Below, piece after piece: positions 43,809 to 58,200 of a stretch of DNA of 64,000 nucleotides. A program made the translations under genes and the position numbers. Source of the DNA: Eledone cirrhosa (Eukaryota); the NCBI GenBank assembly GCA_964016885.1, contig OZ024740.1:236840001-236904000 (forward strand), in the 5' to 3' direction. The stretch's first letter is position 1; each line of letters begins with the position of its first letter. The notes under the pieces are model-generated. The model worked only from the letters and a program-made list of their open reading frames with translations, searched no databases and was not told the DNA's origin.

Positions 43809-45108
43809 CTAAAAATAAAACAAAATAAAATAAAATGAAACAAAATAAAAATGCTAGGAAATATCAGCAGACAATTTGATCTATATTTACAGAACTAAAT
43901 AAATATATACATGCTATACACATATAACTTCTAATTTGAATGGAAAAGGACAGGTGATGTATTGGTGTAATGGTAGTACAGTGGTCTGTATAATCAAAGA
44001 TGTATTTCTACTTTATTTTCAAACTTTGCTCGCTGTTTCATAAACAAAACTTGCTTTGTCTCTCTCTCTCTCAATATAAAAAAAATAAATATATTTAAAT
44101 TACAAATTGTAATTTAGAGTCACAATTCTTAGGCTAGAAAAATGTATACACAATGAATATAAAAAGTTGGTTACCAGTGTTTAGTGGACTGACACAAACC
44201 AGTACTACATACATAATTTGGTACTGATGAAGTTCAGTAGATCTACTATGGTCAAGGAATATAAAGGGATCATATAATTTAAAAAAAAGTTTAGTATATG
44301 GTTTAGATTATCCAAATAGCTTCTACTGCAGTGGTCAAATGACCCATGGACATATAGTTAAGGAATTTAAGGTGATTTGTGATCCTCAGAAATGTCTTAC
44401 CATAGCAAAACAAAAAAGAAAAAAAATCAGAAAAAAAAAGAGGATGCTAACAACCTGTAAAAATTTAGTAAACATTATCTAAAAATCTTTTTGTTACAGT
44501 TTTTATATCTTTACTACTGGACAGAAAATGTTTGTGGAAATTCATATTAGAGTAAAGACTTTCATTTTTAATGTTGATGCAGTCACAGTGCTGTTTTGTC
44601 CTTTTCAAAAATGTCTTGCTAATGCGTTAAGAGTTAAGAAACATTTTCACCCACATCTTCTGGTAGGCAATGCATTTCAGATCAGTGGTGCAGAATAAAA
44701 CAAACCTAGGTGTTAGGGAGTTCTACTAACTGAAAGGTGAGCAAAATTATGACTGCTTCTAACATAGACACACAGCTACAAATTTATAAAGAAAAGCATA
44801 GTTGATTTTTTTTACTCCAGTATTTGACTAATACTTTATTTTATTGATCTCATAAGTACGAAAGACTAAGTCAACTGTGATAAGATTTGAACTCAAGCCT
44901 TTTGGTTATTTATCTACCAATTCTCCCAATCCATCATCATCATCTTTGAACATTTTGTTAAAAATATTCAATGGAAAACCTAGTTAGTTGTAGCTAAGTA
45001 TATGTCATGTAAGACAATTTCTTACAAAGTTTGAATCACAAGTTGTTGAGATAAAGATATTTAGACAACAGAGAAATATATGTACATATTGAACTGAAAT
45101 ATACTTAC

Positions 45109-45275
45109 ACATCCCAATCATGTTCATTATCCCCTAACCAGGAACGGTCCGTATGAGACTTAGTAGTTTGTTGTTCTTTAGCAACACGTTGAAGACGTAC
45201 TATCCGTGCAGCCTCTCTTCGAGCTTCATAGTAAGCTTCTTCTTCCATACGCAACTCCTCCTCTTGTTTTGCAAG
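45109..45275 (-). CDS. AP1AR: AP1AR/gadkin-like coding exon (coiled-coil region)
   Basis: cattag|CTT GCA...GAT GT|gtaagt; 167 nt, phase 0 to 2. Encodes LAKQEEELRMEEEAYYEARREAARIVRLQRVAKEQQTTKSHTDRSWLGDNEHDWD(V), similar to vertebrate LALQEEKLRLEEEALYAAQREAAR. Confidence 0.93.
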
Positions 45276-45603
45276 CTAATGAGACAAATAGTTAGAACAA
45301 TGATTGATGACAGACACTATTGAATACATATCTTTAAATACTTCTGTCTCCAAATTAGTTATAAATAACACCATATGTAGCAAACAGTAGATATATGATA
45401 TGTAATAAAATCATTGAGACAGAAATTATACATGAAACACAATGTGAAATACAATAAAAATAGATCTAAAGATCTAATAATGAGTATAACAGATGTAGCA
45501 GTCTATAGAATATAACCAATGTAACAATTTGTAATACTAAGCATAACACACATATATAATAGAAAAAAAACGAGGATGTTTCATTTACATACTACCCACA
45601 CAC

Positions 45604-45638
<35 letters not shown>

Positions 45639-45723
45639 ATAATAATAAATTTGAAGACTAAAATCCAAAGAGGGCTCGATAAGGATAAATATATATCAAA
45701 TATATAAGGACCTTAGAGCAAAT

Positions 45724-45813
45724 ATTTATTAAAATAACAGATTAAAGTTTAAGCAGTGATTCTTTGCTTAAACTTTAATCTGTTATTTTAATAAATCTAC
45801 GACTGTTATGTAT

Positions 45814-45849
<36 letters not shown>

Positions 45850-45869
45850 ATATAATACATAACAGTCGT
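45724..45869. repeat. tandem pair of hairpins (32-bp arms 45724-45796; TA-centred hairpin 45799-45869)
   Basis: atttattaaaataacagattaaagtttaagca, 9-nt loop, then its exact reverse complement; then acgactgttatgtatt-(TA)n-aatacataacagtcgt. Confidence 0.85.
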
Positions 45870-46699
45870 TAGGTGTAATTTATTCAGCATGTGTAATTGA
45901 TATAATGCATCACCATTAAATGGTAGATGGCACATCTTGTGATCCTGTAAATCTAGTGACATTGAAAAAACACATCTGGTGACCATGTGAATAATACATC
46001 TGGGAATATGGTTCACTATACTCACTCCACTACAATATTTTTGTGTAAGAATACAATGCAGTAGGCTCCTGTAACCTCCAGATACATTAGTACTGCGACC
46101 TAAGTAACCAACTGTTAAATATACAGTACATATGCTGCCTATAGTAGTGAGTTATCATGTACTCAATAGTATCTAGTTACAGTTAGCTGGACTAGGTCAT
46201 AAAAATTGCACAGCAGCACTGATACAATGTAAATCACTGACCCTTTCAACTGATTGTCCAATACCCTAGCAACTCAGTCAGTCATAATAATGGATATATT
46301 TCTCTTGAATTAGCCATTGTGTAATTTTCGTATAAGTGAAGAATAATTGTTTACATTAATCTGAGAATATTACTAGTACTTATTTCATTGAACATGATGG
46401 TATGAAATCTACAATGAACTCTAGTGGAATTTGAATTCAGTACAATAAGATATCAAACTAGATTGAATAATATATCAAGTCAAAAAATTACTTCAAAATT
46501 TGAGATTAGTTAGGTGACATATATTTTGAAGAAGAGATACAGTCAATAATGTCATAGACAATACTTAACTGGTACTTTATTTTATTCACCTCAGAAGGAT
46601 GAAAAGGAATGTTGATCTTGACAAGTTTGAAACAATGAACAATAAGATAAACTAGATAGAAAAAAAAAACTCAATCAAAAAGAACTATTGTAAATGGAA

Positions 46700-47080
46700 G
46701 TTTGTTGTTACTTTCTAGCCTCAATTAGGCCATGATTGAGAAATCCTATGATCAAAAGCCTTCCAGCTATGAGCATTCCCTCTTTTGTTTTCTATTTATC
46801 ATGTACCTAATACCACATTTTCCAGTGTAGTCTTAGATATCAGTTTTAAGGTGGAAGGGTATGGTTTAAGAGAAATTTGGCTGCTATTTCTTCCGGGTAA
46901 AAAACCATGTAGAGGTGCTCTTTTAGAAAATGTGTTATTTAGCCCTGATTAAAAAGATCTATGATCAAAAGCATTCTAACCATGACCATCCCATACTTTT
47001 CTTATGCCTAGGGAACTTAGGACTACATTACCCAATGTGTAATTTTCTAAGAGACTAGCATAGGATATGAGAAAGAATTC
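46700..47080 (+). repeat. dispersed repeat family C (ttgtttagccc...atctatgatcaaa.gcattcc.gccatgacc)
   Basis: Related copies near 39535, 52685 and 63440 (+) and 27400-27585, 51380-51530 and 59270-59465 (-); class unknown. Confidence 0.6.
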
Positions 47081-48272
47081 ACTGTTTGAATTAAAAGTTT
47101 GTAATAAAATATGTTTAAAAAGGGAAGAGAAGTTAGGGATAAAATATTAATAATGTTTCAGCAACAAATTTCATATTAGTGTCAGAAGAACAGTAAGTAC
47201 AGAAAAATATATTAAAGGATGTCTTTACAAATCACAATGAAGCAAAAGAAGCAAAAATCAAGTAAATTTTCAATTGAAATTGTAGTTCTATTGTCAGATG
47301 AACAGTGAGTTTTACATGATAGTTTTAACGGTAATTGAAATACAGTATAGAGGACAGATGTAGTTTGTCAGGGTAAGAGAAGAGTTTAGAGCAGAAGGGT
47401 TGGTAGTGAAATGAGGTGGATGCAAGTAAGATCAATGATGCATGAATTAAAGGCATATTTAAAAGAGTGTTAATAACAATAAATATTAACATGAGAGTAA
47501 GAGCTAATAGCAGAAGAGTGAACAATGTGTTGGAAGAATGGTAGACGATCATTATTGATTCATAGCTCAAGGTTAAGAGGAAAAATTTATTACTGACACA
47601 ATATCTATAGAATATATTTGAGATATTTTCTAAATTGGCACGTGTGTGTGTGTGTAAATGTACATAGGTGTGTATATAATTGCTATTAATATATGTAATA
47701 AGAGTTAAGTCAAATCATTAATAAAAAAATTAGAATATAAAATTTTGAATCATATTCACATACAATAATTGAGAGAGGGAGAGAGAGGAAGAGAGAGAGA
47801 GAATATGTATGAGAGAGCGAGCGAGAAAGAGGGAAGGAATATATGAGAGAGAGTGAGGAGAGAAAATTTATAACATGCCAAATATACATAGTAATTTCAA
47901 AGATTTTTGTAGAAATACTGGGACAATGATGAGCAGAGGATAAGAAGGTGTGTTGGATGGAGGTGATATGAAACTGGCTAGTTCAAAAGACCAGATTCCT
48001 TCGTAATAGTACCAATAAAAGATGGTGAGAGAATAGATATTACATGTGAATTAGTGAATCCTTGCTGATCATCCAGTTGACCAAAAGCACTAATGTCTCA
48101 GAAATATGGATTGTGTTCTAATTTGGCTCTTACTTGAACTTTGTAGAGTGTTAGCAAATAACTAAGGCAGAAAGGTTTTCTGGCTCTGAAAAAGAAACCT
48201 AGTGTTTCAGATAGTTTTAAGAATGTTATATATTTATATATATATTTATGTATATTTATATATATTTATATA

Positions 48273-48317
<45 letters not shown>

Positions 48318-48318
<1 letters not shown>

Positions 48319-48960
48319 ATCATCATCATCAACGTTTAACGTCCGTGTTCCACGCTTGCATGGGTTTGGACGGGGGTATTCCCACTTGAGGCAAGAGTGA
48401 TTGTCTTGCTCGCATAGGACTGTCTGGCAGGTTTTCTACAGTTGGATGCCCTTCCTAACACCAACCACATTTACAGTGTGGGACTGGGAGGTTTTTACCA
48501 TGTTGCCTACACGACCACATTACAGCGTGGACTGTGTGTTTTTTTGTCGTGACACCTACACGATCTCATTTGTTTCGGCCTGGATGTTGTGGCACCAACA
48601 TAACTTTACATAGGAGGGGGTGGTGTGGATGGGGGTGGTGGGACGGGGTTGTTAGAGATGCCTACTGGCTGTAGTAGGTTTTACTATGTATTTAGGTAAG
48701 GCGGGTCTTCTCTATTACTGAGTACCGCCAAAGGTCTCGGTCCAGTGACATTGTCTTGATGAGGTGTAAGTGTGTGAGGTCGGAGTTTATCAGCTCGTCC
48801 CAGGTTTTTCTGGGTCTGCCTACTCCGTAGCTACCATCTATCTTTATTGCCCTGCACTTTGTTATACAGCTATCGACTTTCATGCGCATCACGTGTCCGT
48901 ACCAACGTAGCCTTCTCTCGAGTAAACAACATCTGATCCCTCTTATTTCTAATTTTTTTC
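48318..48960 (-). mobile_element. 5'-truncated RTE LINE 3' end with (GAT)n tail, between (TA)n runs
   Basis: LRWYGHVMRMKVDSCITKCRAIKIDGSYGVGRPRKTWDELI followed by 3' UTR. Confidence 0.85.
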
Positions 48961-48994
48961 CTTATATATATATATATATTTATATATATAGTAT

Positions 48995-49320
48995 CAAAGG
49001 CCCCCTTTGGTCATGAATGACCATTTGTTTGCACCTAGAAAGTTCCTCTCTGAGGCACATGTTCAGGCAAGGTGCTTTTGTAAAAGACTAGCAGTCACCT
49101 ATGCATATCTGTCTCCCCTCTCCACACTACCGATGTTGTCCAAAGGAAAGACAAAGGTCAATACAGCTTGGGACCAGTGTTGTTGCAACTCATTTTTTCC
49201 AGCTGGGTGGACTGGACCAATGTGAAATAAAGTGACTTGTTCAAGGACACAACACACTGTCTCATGTGGAAATGGAACTCACATCACGATTGAGAGCCCA
49301 ATGTTTTAACTACTAAGCCA
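48995..49320 (-). mobile_element. tRNA-SINE family B copy
   Basis: Similar to 35790-36025 (gcacctagaaagttcc.tctgaggcaca); tRNA-like head on minus. Confidence 0.7.
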
Positions 49321-49379
49321 CTAACTTTTACATACACACACATTAGGTCATTGTGATAAATCATCAAACAATATAGTGA

Positions 49380-50200
49380 CTTTCACCATTCAAAATGTGT
49401 GTTGTTCATGATTAGCGAGGATGTAAAGTACAAAATTGGTTCTCCAATATGTGTAGTGATTGTGTGTTTATGTTGCTGAAAAAGATATGGCTGCCATGTT
49501 CTTATTGACGTCTTCAAGGACTCTGTCCACATTGAAAGTACATGTTTGGTGCATATTGTGTGTGGAGGACCTCCTGTGTGCATAAAGTTGAGGAGGAGTG
49601 AAAGGTGGTTTCATTAATATAGGAAGGAGTATGTGTGTGTTGTTAGAAGTGACAGCAAGTAGGTCATTAATGTGTAGGAGAAATATTGTGATAGACACAA
49701 CTGAAAATGTGAGTGTGAGGGAACTATGTCAGTATATATTGTAAAGAAGCAGTTTGAAAATAACATTTCAACTCAAGAAATGAGTGATGGATGGAGCCTG
49801 TTAGTGATGGATGGAGCTAGCTTAGATAGGAGGTTCATTTTTCATATATGGACATGATTTTACTGATGTCAAGTTTAACGACATTGTTATTGTTGTTTAC
49901 AAGGACGAGAAATAAGTAGTGTATAAAATAGAATGAATTTCCAGTATATCTGGCTCTAAAGAAACTCTACTGCCCATCACGGAGGCAGGATGGAAACAGT
50001 ATAATAAAGGAGGTGATTATTAGTAGCATCCATCACTTTTGATATGTTAGAAGTAAGAGTAATAGATCAGTAGTTGGCAGGGTCAGAGAAGTTGCCTGTC
50101 GGGGGTATGGGATGCACAAGTGTGTTTCCAAGTTCGGAGTGAGCATAAAAAGATAAGAGCTAACTTTTGAGGGTACTGTTTGAGGCTAATGTTTCCCTGA
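49380..50200 (-). mobile_element. old CR1/Jockey-group LINE RT fragment
   Basis: IFLLHINDLLAVTSN (RT block before YADD) and HPIP..GNFSDPANY.SITLTSNISKV. Confidence 0.65.
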
Positions 50201-50394
50201 GTGAATAACTGTTTATGGGGAGGGTGTTAATAAAATATCTACCAGAAGCATAATGGAATTGATACAAGGAAGACAAGAAGAATGGGAACAATTATGATAA
50301 TAGAAAATAAATGTAAATTATAATGAAGTTGACTATATTAGTAGTAATGCTAGAGCCTGGATATCCTCTCACATATAATCACTCTTTAGTGGGA

Positions 50395-50805
50395 AATAAT
50401 TGTTTCTACTTTAGGCACAAGGCCAGCAATTACCCAGTGCATTACTGGTACTTTATTTTATCGACCCCGTAAGGATGAAAGGCAAAGTCAACCTCGGCGG
50501 GATTTGAACTCAGATCGTAAAGGGACGTAACTATGCTGGAAAGCATGGCGTCCGACCCTCTACTGATACTGCCAATCCACTAATAATGATTTCTAATTTA
50601 GGCAGAAGGCTAGAAATTTGGAGGGAAAGGAAAGTTGATTATATAGACTCCAGTACTTGACTGGGATTTTATTTTATTTACCTTGGAAGGACGACAGGCA
50701 AAGTTGATTATGGCGGGATTTGAAATCATAATGTAGAGGACTGAAACAAAATACTTCAAAGCATTTCATCTGATGCACTAACAATTGTGCCAATACACTG
50801 CCCTA
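50395..50805 (-). mobile_element. young SINE A (50395-50580) abutting an older SINE A (50582-50805)
   Basis: Family A bodies in tandem through (AAT)n. Confidence 0.87.
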
Positions 50806-52429
50806 ACTTAGTATAAAACAATAGCAACACTTCAGCCCACAAAGAACTTGTAGCTTCTGTATTGTATTTTATTCCTGCCAATAGACAGAAGTAGTTTACA
50901 GTAATTGACTGGAATAGGGTGTATAAGTAGGAGACACCTGGAGTAGATGATAGGGCAGGTGTGGGAAAAGACAATGAAATGTTGGTGCTGATAGTTATGA
51001 TAGTGGTGATGATGATGATATGAGTTTTAGTTGGAGTTATTTTATAAACATCTTATATTTTGTCATATAACTAGCTGACACTCACACACACATACATATA
51101 TAGTAAGTAATCAATATGTTTCCTAAAAGCTGTCTCAAGATGTCTCACATTGTAACAAATGTATTATGTATTTTAAAATATTCTTGAGATTGTGTTCACG
51201 ACAATAGATTCCATTTTAATGAATTAACTAGATGTAGATAAAAATATCTGATTATCTCAAGTCAATAGAATTTCAGATGCTGCATTTCTATAGAACATTC
51301 TAAAGTAAAAGGTTTCTATAGAGACAAGAATTTTCTTGAAACATTGACTATTATATATCATCAAACTTACTGGAAACGTCTGGTTGACCTCTATTCCTTA
51401 AAGCTATAAAAAATCAAAACAGACACATTGGATAATATATTTAATAAAAAGACAGGATGGTCATAGTTTGAGTACTTTTTATCATAAATCTGCTTTATCG
51501 GGGCAGTTTTGAGGCTGAACAATGACAACCAATTACATACTAAGGAATTATTATCAAATAGACATTTAGCATCTATTTATGCATGATGACATATTTGTTT
51601 TTAATGGTTGAGACAGAAGGGGAAAGATTCAAGCTACCCTCTGCTAAAAGCGCCCAAGTATTAACTGGTTGTATTAAACCAGGCAAGGGGTTACATAGAC
51701 AATAAGATTTTAACTCAGAACACAGAGCTGGAAAAAATACCTCAAAGCATTTTATTCAATACTCTAACAATTCTGCTAATCCACTACTCTAGATGAGTTT
51801 AATTTAACTGATACCAAAAAGATAAAAGGCAAAGTTGACCCTGGTGGGATTTGACTTCAAAGTCTTATGCCCTTCAGGACTATCAATTTGCCTTAATTTC
51901 ATATGATTTATATAATATATCCTCTACTGTACATTTAATGATTTATCTTACTATCTCATGGGATTGATTTTGTTCAACAATGCAGCTTTCATAATCAGTT
52001 GTGGTTTCATTGTCAGATGATTAGCCTTAGTGGTTGATGGGATTTGGATTCTCCAACAAAGTGCCGTAATAGACACTGTAAAACATCTCATCTGATGCAA
52101 GAACAATCCACTATCAGAGACAGCTACTTATTTTATTGACCCTGAAAAGGTATAGTTGATTTTAGCCAGGTTTGAACTCAGTGCAAATATCATAAGATAT
52201 TCTATTCGATGCCCTAATGACTTTGCCTATATAACTTCATATAATATAATATATATACACACACACATACATACCATCATCATCATCATCATCATTATTT
52301 TACGTCTGCTTTTCCCTGCTTGCAATCAAATGTACATGTTTTCTTTATAATGTGTATATTTTGGCAGAGTATGTTTCAATAATAATACTCATCAATAAAC
52401 ACTAAATTTTCAGTAATACAATGATGCTA

Positions 52430-52640
52430 ATAATGGTTTCTTATTTAGGCACAAGGCCAACATTTTGGGGGATGGTAGTTGATTAAATCAACCCCCAGTG
52501 CATGACTGATACTTTATTTTATCGATCCCATAAGGATGAAAGGCAAAGCTAATCTCGGTGAGAATTGAACTCAGAATGTAAAGGGATATAACTCTATGCT
52601 ACAGAGCATGTTGCCTGATGCTCTACTGATACTACTAATA
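52430..52640 (-). mobile_element. SINE family A copy
   Basis: Family A body. Confidence 0.8.
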
Positions 52641-53242
52641 ATAAAAAAGTAGATTCAAATTCACAAGGCTATTATGTATTGTTGTTCTTGTTTAGCCTGA
52701 GCTCTTCTCTGGTCAAGCAGATCTATGATCAAAGATATTCCAATCAGGATAATTCTATATTTATTTTTTCAGGCAAAGTGCATCTAGAACTACATTATCT
52801 AACAACATGTCTTTTGTGGGGGTTGAGGTGATATGAAGAAGATTTAGCTTCTGTTTTTAGAAGATCTGGCAACAACATAAAGATTTCATTGTTGGCTTGT
52901 GCATTATTGTCCTGTACCACATTAAGCAACATTAGCAAGACATTCTTGAAAAGTATAAAGCAACCTTATGACTGCATCACATAAAAAAATTGTCTTTAGT
53001 TTACTGCACATTTTCAGAGACCTGTCCATTAGAAAAGGTACTATAAAAAAACTGAATTAATAAACCTATATTTAAACATTTCCTGCTAAATCATTACAGT
53101 ATTTTAAGAGTTAAATATTATTTCATAAAATTTAGTTTAATCAGTAGAGCTAAAAATAGATCAACAGGTTTTTTTATATGACTATATTCACCACATAACA
53201 CTTTGGTTTATATTTCCAAGTAACCATTAGAAAGTATTTTAA

Positions 53243-53444
53243 CCCTTTAGCATTTACATTATATTTATTATTGTATTTTCACAGTAAACATTTTATCTCA
53301 CATAATATTGAATTTATGAGATTTTGATACTATTTATTTTGAGACAATACCTTAACATCAGTATGAGTGGCCAGTTACAACCAGTTTGAACAGAAAGAGG
53401 TGAGAGAATTCTGGCCGGATATGATCAGTTTAAATACTAACGGG
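53243..53444. mobile_element. piggyBac-type MITE with TTAA TSD (partial inverted copy at about 36242-36335)
   Basis: TTAA-CCCTTTAGCATTTA...TAAATACTAACGGG-TTAA (12/14 TIR match). Confidence 0.75.
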
Positions 53445-53807
53445 TTAAGAGACATCATGAAAACTCAGGAATCTTATTTCATTCTAGGACCCTAAACATA
53501 GCTTTTATAAATATCATTGTGTCTATCTTGACATTCTTCCCAACAGGTTTAAGGAAATTATTGCATATACTAATGCTTTATGTGTTATAAGTACATTACA
53601 AGTAGCTTTTACAATGGCTCTCCTGTTAGTACTACAAGTGGAATACAATATGTGTATGAGTGTGTATGAGTGTGTGTGTGTGTCCACCATACTGACCAGA
53701 GAACAGTATTAAAAATGAATCCTTTAAATGGAGTCAATATATCATTGTAGGAGTTTTATACCAATGTCTATCCTTCCTCAATTATCACTGGCATTCGTTC
53801 TTACTAT

Positions 53808-54170
<363 letters not shown>

Positions 54171-55002
54171 AGGGGAGACTGAGGGAATCTATAAAAGAAG
54201 TTTAGCAGTATTTCTTTAAATACTTTCAAAACAATTTTATCACAAAATTCTTCACTTACTGTCTATCATTTCCTCCTCATATTGTCTAGATTGTCTAGAT
54301 TAACAATATTATAGTGTTACTACAGACTAACTATAGTGTTACTATAGCATTACTCTAGTGAAAATGTCATGGTACTGTATAACAACTGTAGCTATATTGC
54401 AGAACATCTGTAAAATTATTGCAGTTCAATTGAAGTAATACCCTATAAAACAACTGAAATGGTTCAATAGTGCAACTGCAAAATTACTATAGAACTACCA
54501 TAGTGGTATTGCAGTAGTAGTACTGATGTTTTACTATAGTGTAATTGAAATGGCGTACAGTATGTATTGTTGGTATAGTACACCTGAAGTGTTACAATGT
54601 GTTTTGTCACTGTGGTGTTACTGAACTGCAAGTAAATGCAAGAATAAGTGAATTAAACATCAATTTATCAAATTTACTTGTGAAAAGGTAAAATATCTAT
54701 AATATTTTAATTAGTTTTATTTAAAAGCTTGGCTATTATATAGGTATTAGTGTCACAGGACGAAAAGCTGGATTTCATCACATTGTTATACAGTTAAAGA
54801 TTAGTAAAACACTGATAAAAACAAAAGTCCAGTACCAATCATTTTATATTTATGAAAAATACATTTTGGAAAACATCCCCCCTAAAGAAAGAAATAAAAA
54901 CACTGTTGGGAATTTTGTTTGTTTTAAAATTAACAGAAAATATTGGATTTTCACTCAGGTTTGAAAAATATTTAATGATATTTAATTTTCAAGTTCCTCA
55001 AA

Positions 55003-55220
55003 ATAGAAACTGTATTAAAATAATACAGAAACTGTATTAATATAATACAGAAACTATATTAAGATAATACAGAAGCTATATTAAAATAATATGGACATTC
55101 ATTAAAATAATACAAAAATTTATTAAAATAATATAGAAATATATTAAAATAATAAGGAAAATTATTAAAATAATATAGAAATATATTAAAATGAAACACA
55201 AAAATATAGTAAAATGATAC
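55003..55220. repeat. AT-rich minisatellite, 21-22 bp unit (taatacagaaactgtattaaaa), about 10 copies
   Basis: Seen directly; units diverge progressively along the array. Confidence 0.85.
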
Positions 55221-55599
55221 AAATATTTATTGATATGGTATATAAACTTAAGAAACCATTAAAAAAATAACCAAAATAGAAACGTAAAAAGCATAATGTG
55301 AATTATTTAAAAAGGATTTTTATTAGTAATGAGAAATAGGATTATTTTATTAGCATATGTTTGTTTGAGAAGAAAAGTAAAGGTACCCATAGGTACACCA
55401 TAGGACCTTCTTGATCTGGAAAGGTTGTGTGAGATTAGTATATTTAGTGTTTAGTTTGAATTGATGTAGTTTAATATTTGGTTTAGAATATATTAGTTAA
55501 GGGAGATTCAAGTAGGATATAGTTCTAGAGAGGGAAACTGAACACTGCTTATAGTATCAAGTATCCCAAGTGAGACTCAGAAATGTGTGAAATGTGGGT

Positions 55600-57640
55600 T
55601 TAAGTGGATATAAAATAGACAGCTCAACTGAGAGGGGAAACAGCAATTGTAATGAAGTTAACAAAAGAGGAAAGATACAACTGAATGATGTAGATATGCA
55701 GGAAAATATGGCGATGGAAGGTTTGGAAGCTAAAGGACCTTTCTGTTAAATATAGGTTTAGAAAGGCCCTATGGGATGCATTTGATGAAAGCTGAGATAA
55801 ATTAGATTCATATCACATAGAGGACAATTAGAAATTCTTAAGTGACAACATTTTGCAAACTACTGATGAGACTTGTGGCTGGAGTAAAGCACCAGCCAGA
55901 CAGAGAGTGAATTGGTGGTGGAACAGCACAGTGGATAAAGCCATTAAAGCTAAGAGACAGGCATGGAAAGACTGAAAAAATGGCAGTAGCAGAGATCAGT
56001 ACCAGGTAGCTAAGAAAGAGGTGTACACAGCTCGAAGAGAGGCTGAAGAAAGTAAATTTGTCAATGTCTTGAGACGTGAGGATCAGAGGCGTGAAGTGTT
56101 CCATATTGCAAGGTAGTATGTCAGTGTGAATAAAGGATGTTGTTGGGGAAAAGTGTGTTAGAAATGATGCTGGTGCACTTAGCCCCACTGATGACCAAAA
56201 GAAAGAGGCCAGGAAATGTTGCTATGAGAGGTTCAAGAATGTAGAGAATGAATGGGAGGAAAGAGACTACTCCCAACTTACCCAACAGAGGGACCAGCTA
56301 TTGAAGTTGTCAGTTATAGGGTCAAATCAGAAATTGCTACAAGGATAAAGGTGATGCTCTAGAAAGGAGCAACTACAGAGGAATGAAACTAATAGACCAA
56401 TTTATGAAAGTGACAGAAAGAGTTCTAGCACAGCTAATTATGGAAAGAGTAGATGGTATGCAACTTGATTTTGTGCCTGGGAGGCAACTAATAGAGAAGT
56501 TTCTAGCCAAGAATAAACTGCTGTATTTAGCTTTTATTGATCTTGAAAAAGCTTTTGACAGAGTACTTCATTCTGCTATCTGGTGGCCTTTTGGGAAATT
56601 AGGTGTAGAAGTAGAAGATTGGCTTGTGAGAACAGTGCAAGCCATGTACAGAGGAACTGTCGGTAAAGTGAGAGTAGAAATTGAGATTAGAGAAGAATTT
56701 AAGGTGCAGGTAGGAGTTCATCAGGGTTCGGATCTCAGCTTGCTGCTGTTTTTTTTATAGTTCTCCATGCCATAAGAGAAGAAGGAGTTTAAAATTGGCT
56801 ATGAGATAAAAGAACTAGAGAATAATTTCCGACTATGGAAACAATTTTCAATCAAAAGGGCAAAAAATAAACTTAGTCAAAATTAAAGTACTAGTAAGTA
56901 GGAAAGAAGATAGGACCCTGGTTCCTTCAGGAAAATTGTCTTGCTCAATATGTAGAAAAAGCAGAGCATAAACTCTATACAATGCATACAATGTAAAATC
57001 TTGGGTACACAAGAGATGACAAAGGCAGACTTTGTAGGCAAAAGATGCACAGGGGTAATTAATGGGAAGAGCGTCAGTGATATAAACAAGGATGCTCTAG
57101 AGCATAATTGCTAGAATAAAGATAGGATGGAAGAAGTTTAGAGAGCTACTCTTACTGTTGACAACAAAAGCCTTCCTATGTACAAAAGAATGGCTGTATG
57201 ATGCCTGTGTGTGAAGTCAATGCTGCATGGTAGTGAAACGTAGGCAGTGACTGCAGAGGACATGTGTAGGCTGGAGAAAAATGAAGCAACCATGCTTTGT
57301 TGGATGTGCAATGTAAATGTTTGGATGAACTGAGGGAGAAACTGGTTATAAGATAAATCCGAAGGGGTGTACAAGAGAGAAAACTGCATTGGTATGGACA
57401 TATGATGTGCATAGATGATGATTACTGGATGAATAAGTGCCAGGAAATCCTAGCAGAAGGAAGCCACAGTAGACGTAAACCAAGGAAGACCTGGGTGGAG
57501 GTGGTGAGAGTTGATCTCAAGTTGCTGAGCTTCACAGAGGAGATGATGAAGAAATGCGATGAGTGGAGATATGCTGTACTGAAAATGATCCATGCATGTG
57601 AACATGGAAAAATGGACATGAAAACAATGATGATGATGAT
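55600..57640 (+). mobile_element. decayed RTE (BovB-like) LINE, RT to 3' end with (GAT)n tail
   Basis: LYLAFIDLEKAFDRV, VQVGVHQGSDLSLLLF, HWYGHMM, RKPRKTWVEVV; many stops and deletions. Confidence 0.87.
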
Positions 57641-57884
57641 ATCAGTGAGTGATAAAAGATAGTGCAGCAGAATTGATCTTCATCATAACATGGTCTGTTA
57701 GAGAAAAGAAAGTTTAGCAACAAAAGAACCATGCTGCATAAACATGCAAGAAATTACAATTGAGATGAAAATAATATATGATCTCTTTTCACATTCAATA
57801 ACCATAAAAGATGTGAGTTGTGAGTTCTAAATGATAATTTGGTAGCAAATTGGGAAGGAAACAGAAATATGTATTATATATATT

Positions 57885-58200
57885 GGCCTTGCAATCGAAA
57901 GGTTGTGAGTTCAATTCTCAGACTGGGTGATGTGTTGTTTCCTTGAGCAAGACACTTTATTTCACATTGCTCCAGTTTATTCAGCTGTAGAAATGAGATG
58001 ATAGGGACTGGGGTCCATATCATTCCACTGCAAAGTGGTCATGGAGGTGCCACGGCAAAAAAGCACCTAGCACTCACTGTAAATGAGGTTGGTGTGAGGA
58101 AGGGCATCCAGCTGTAGAAATCAAGCCAGAATCAGTTCCCGTCCCACCCTTGCAAGCAGGGAAAAAGCGGACGTAAAATGAAATGATGATGATAATGATA
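57885..58200 (+). mobile_element. tRNA-SINE family B with RTE-type 3' end
   Basis: B box gagttcaattc, gagcaagacactttatttcacattgctccag, ggaagggcatccagctgtagaaa, (gat)n tail. Confidence 0.78.

Noticed and set aside
44221-44270. CTGATGA core followed by a short palindrome
   Set aside because: No downstream GAAA or stem I partner.
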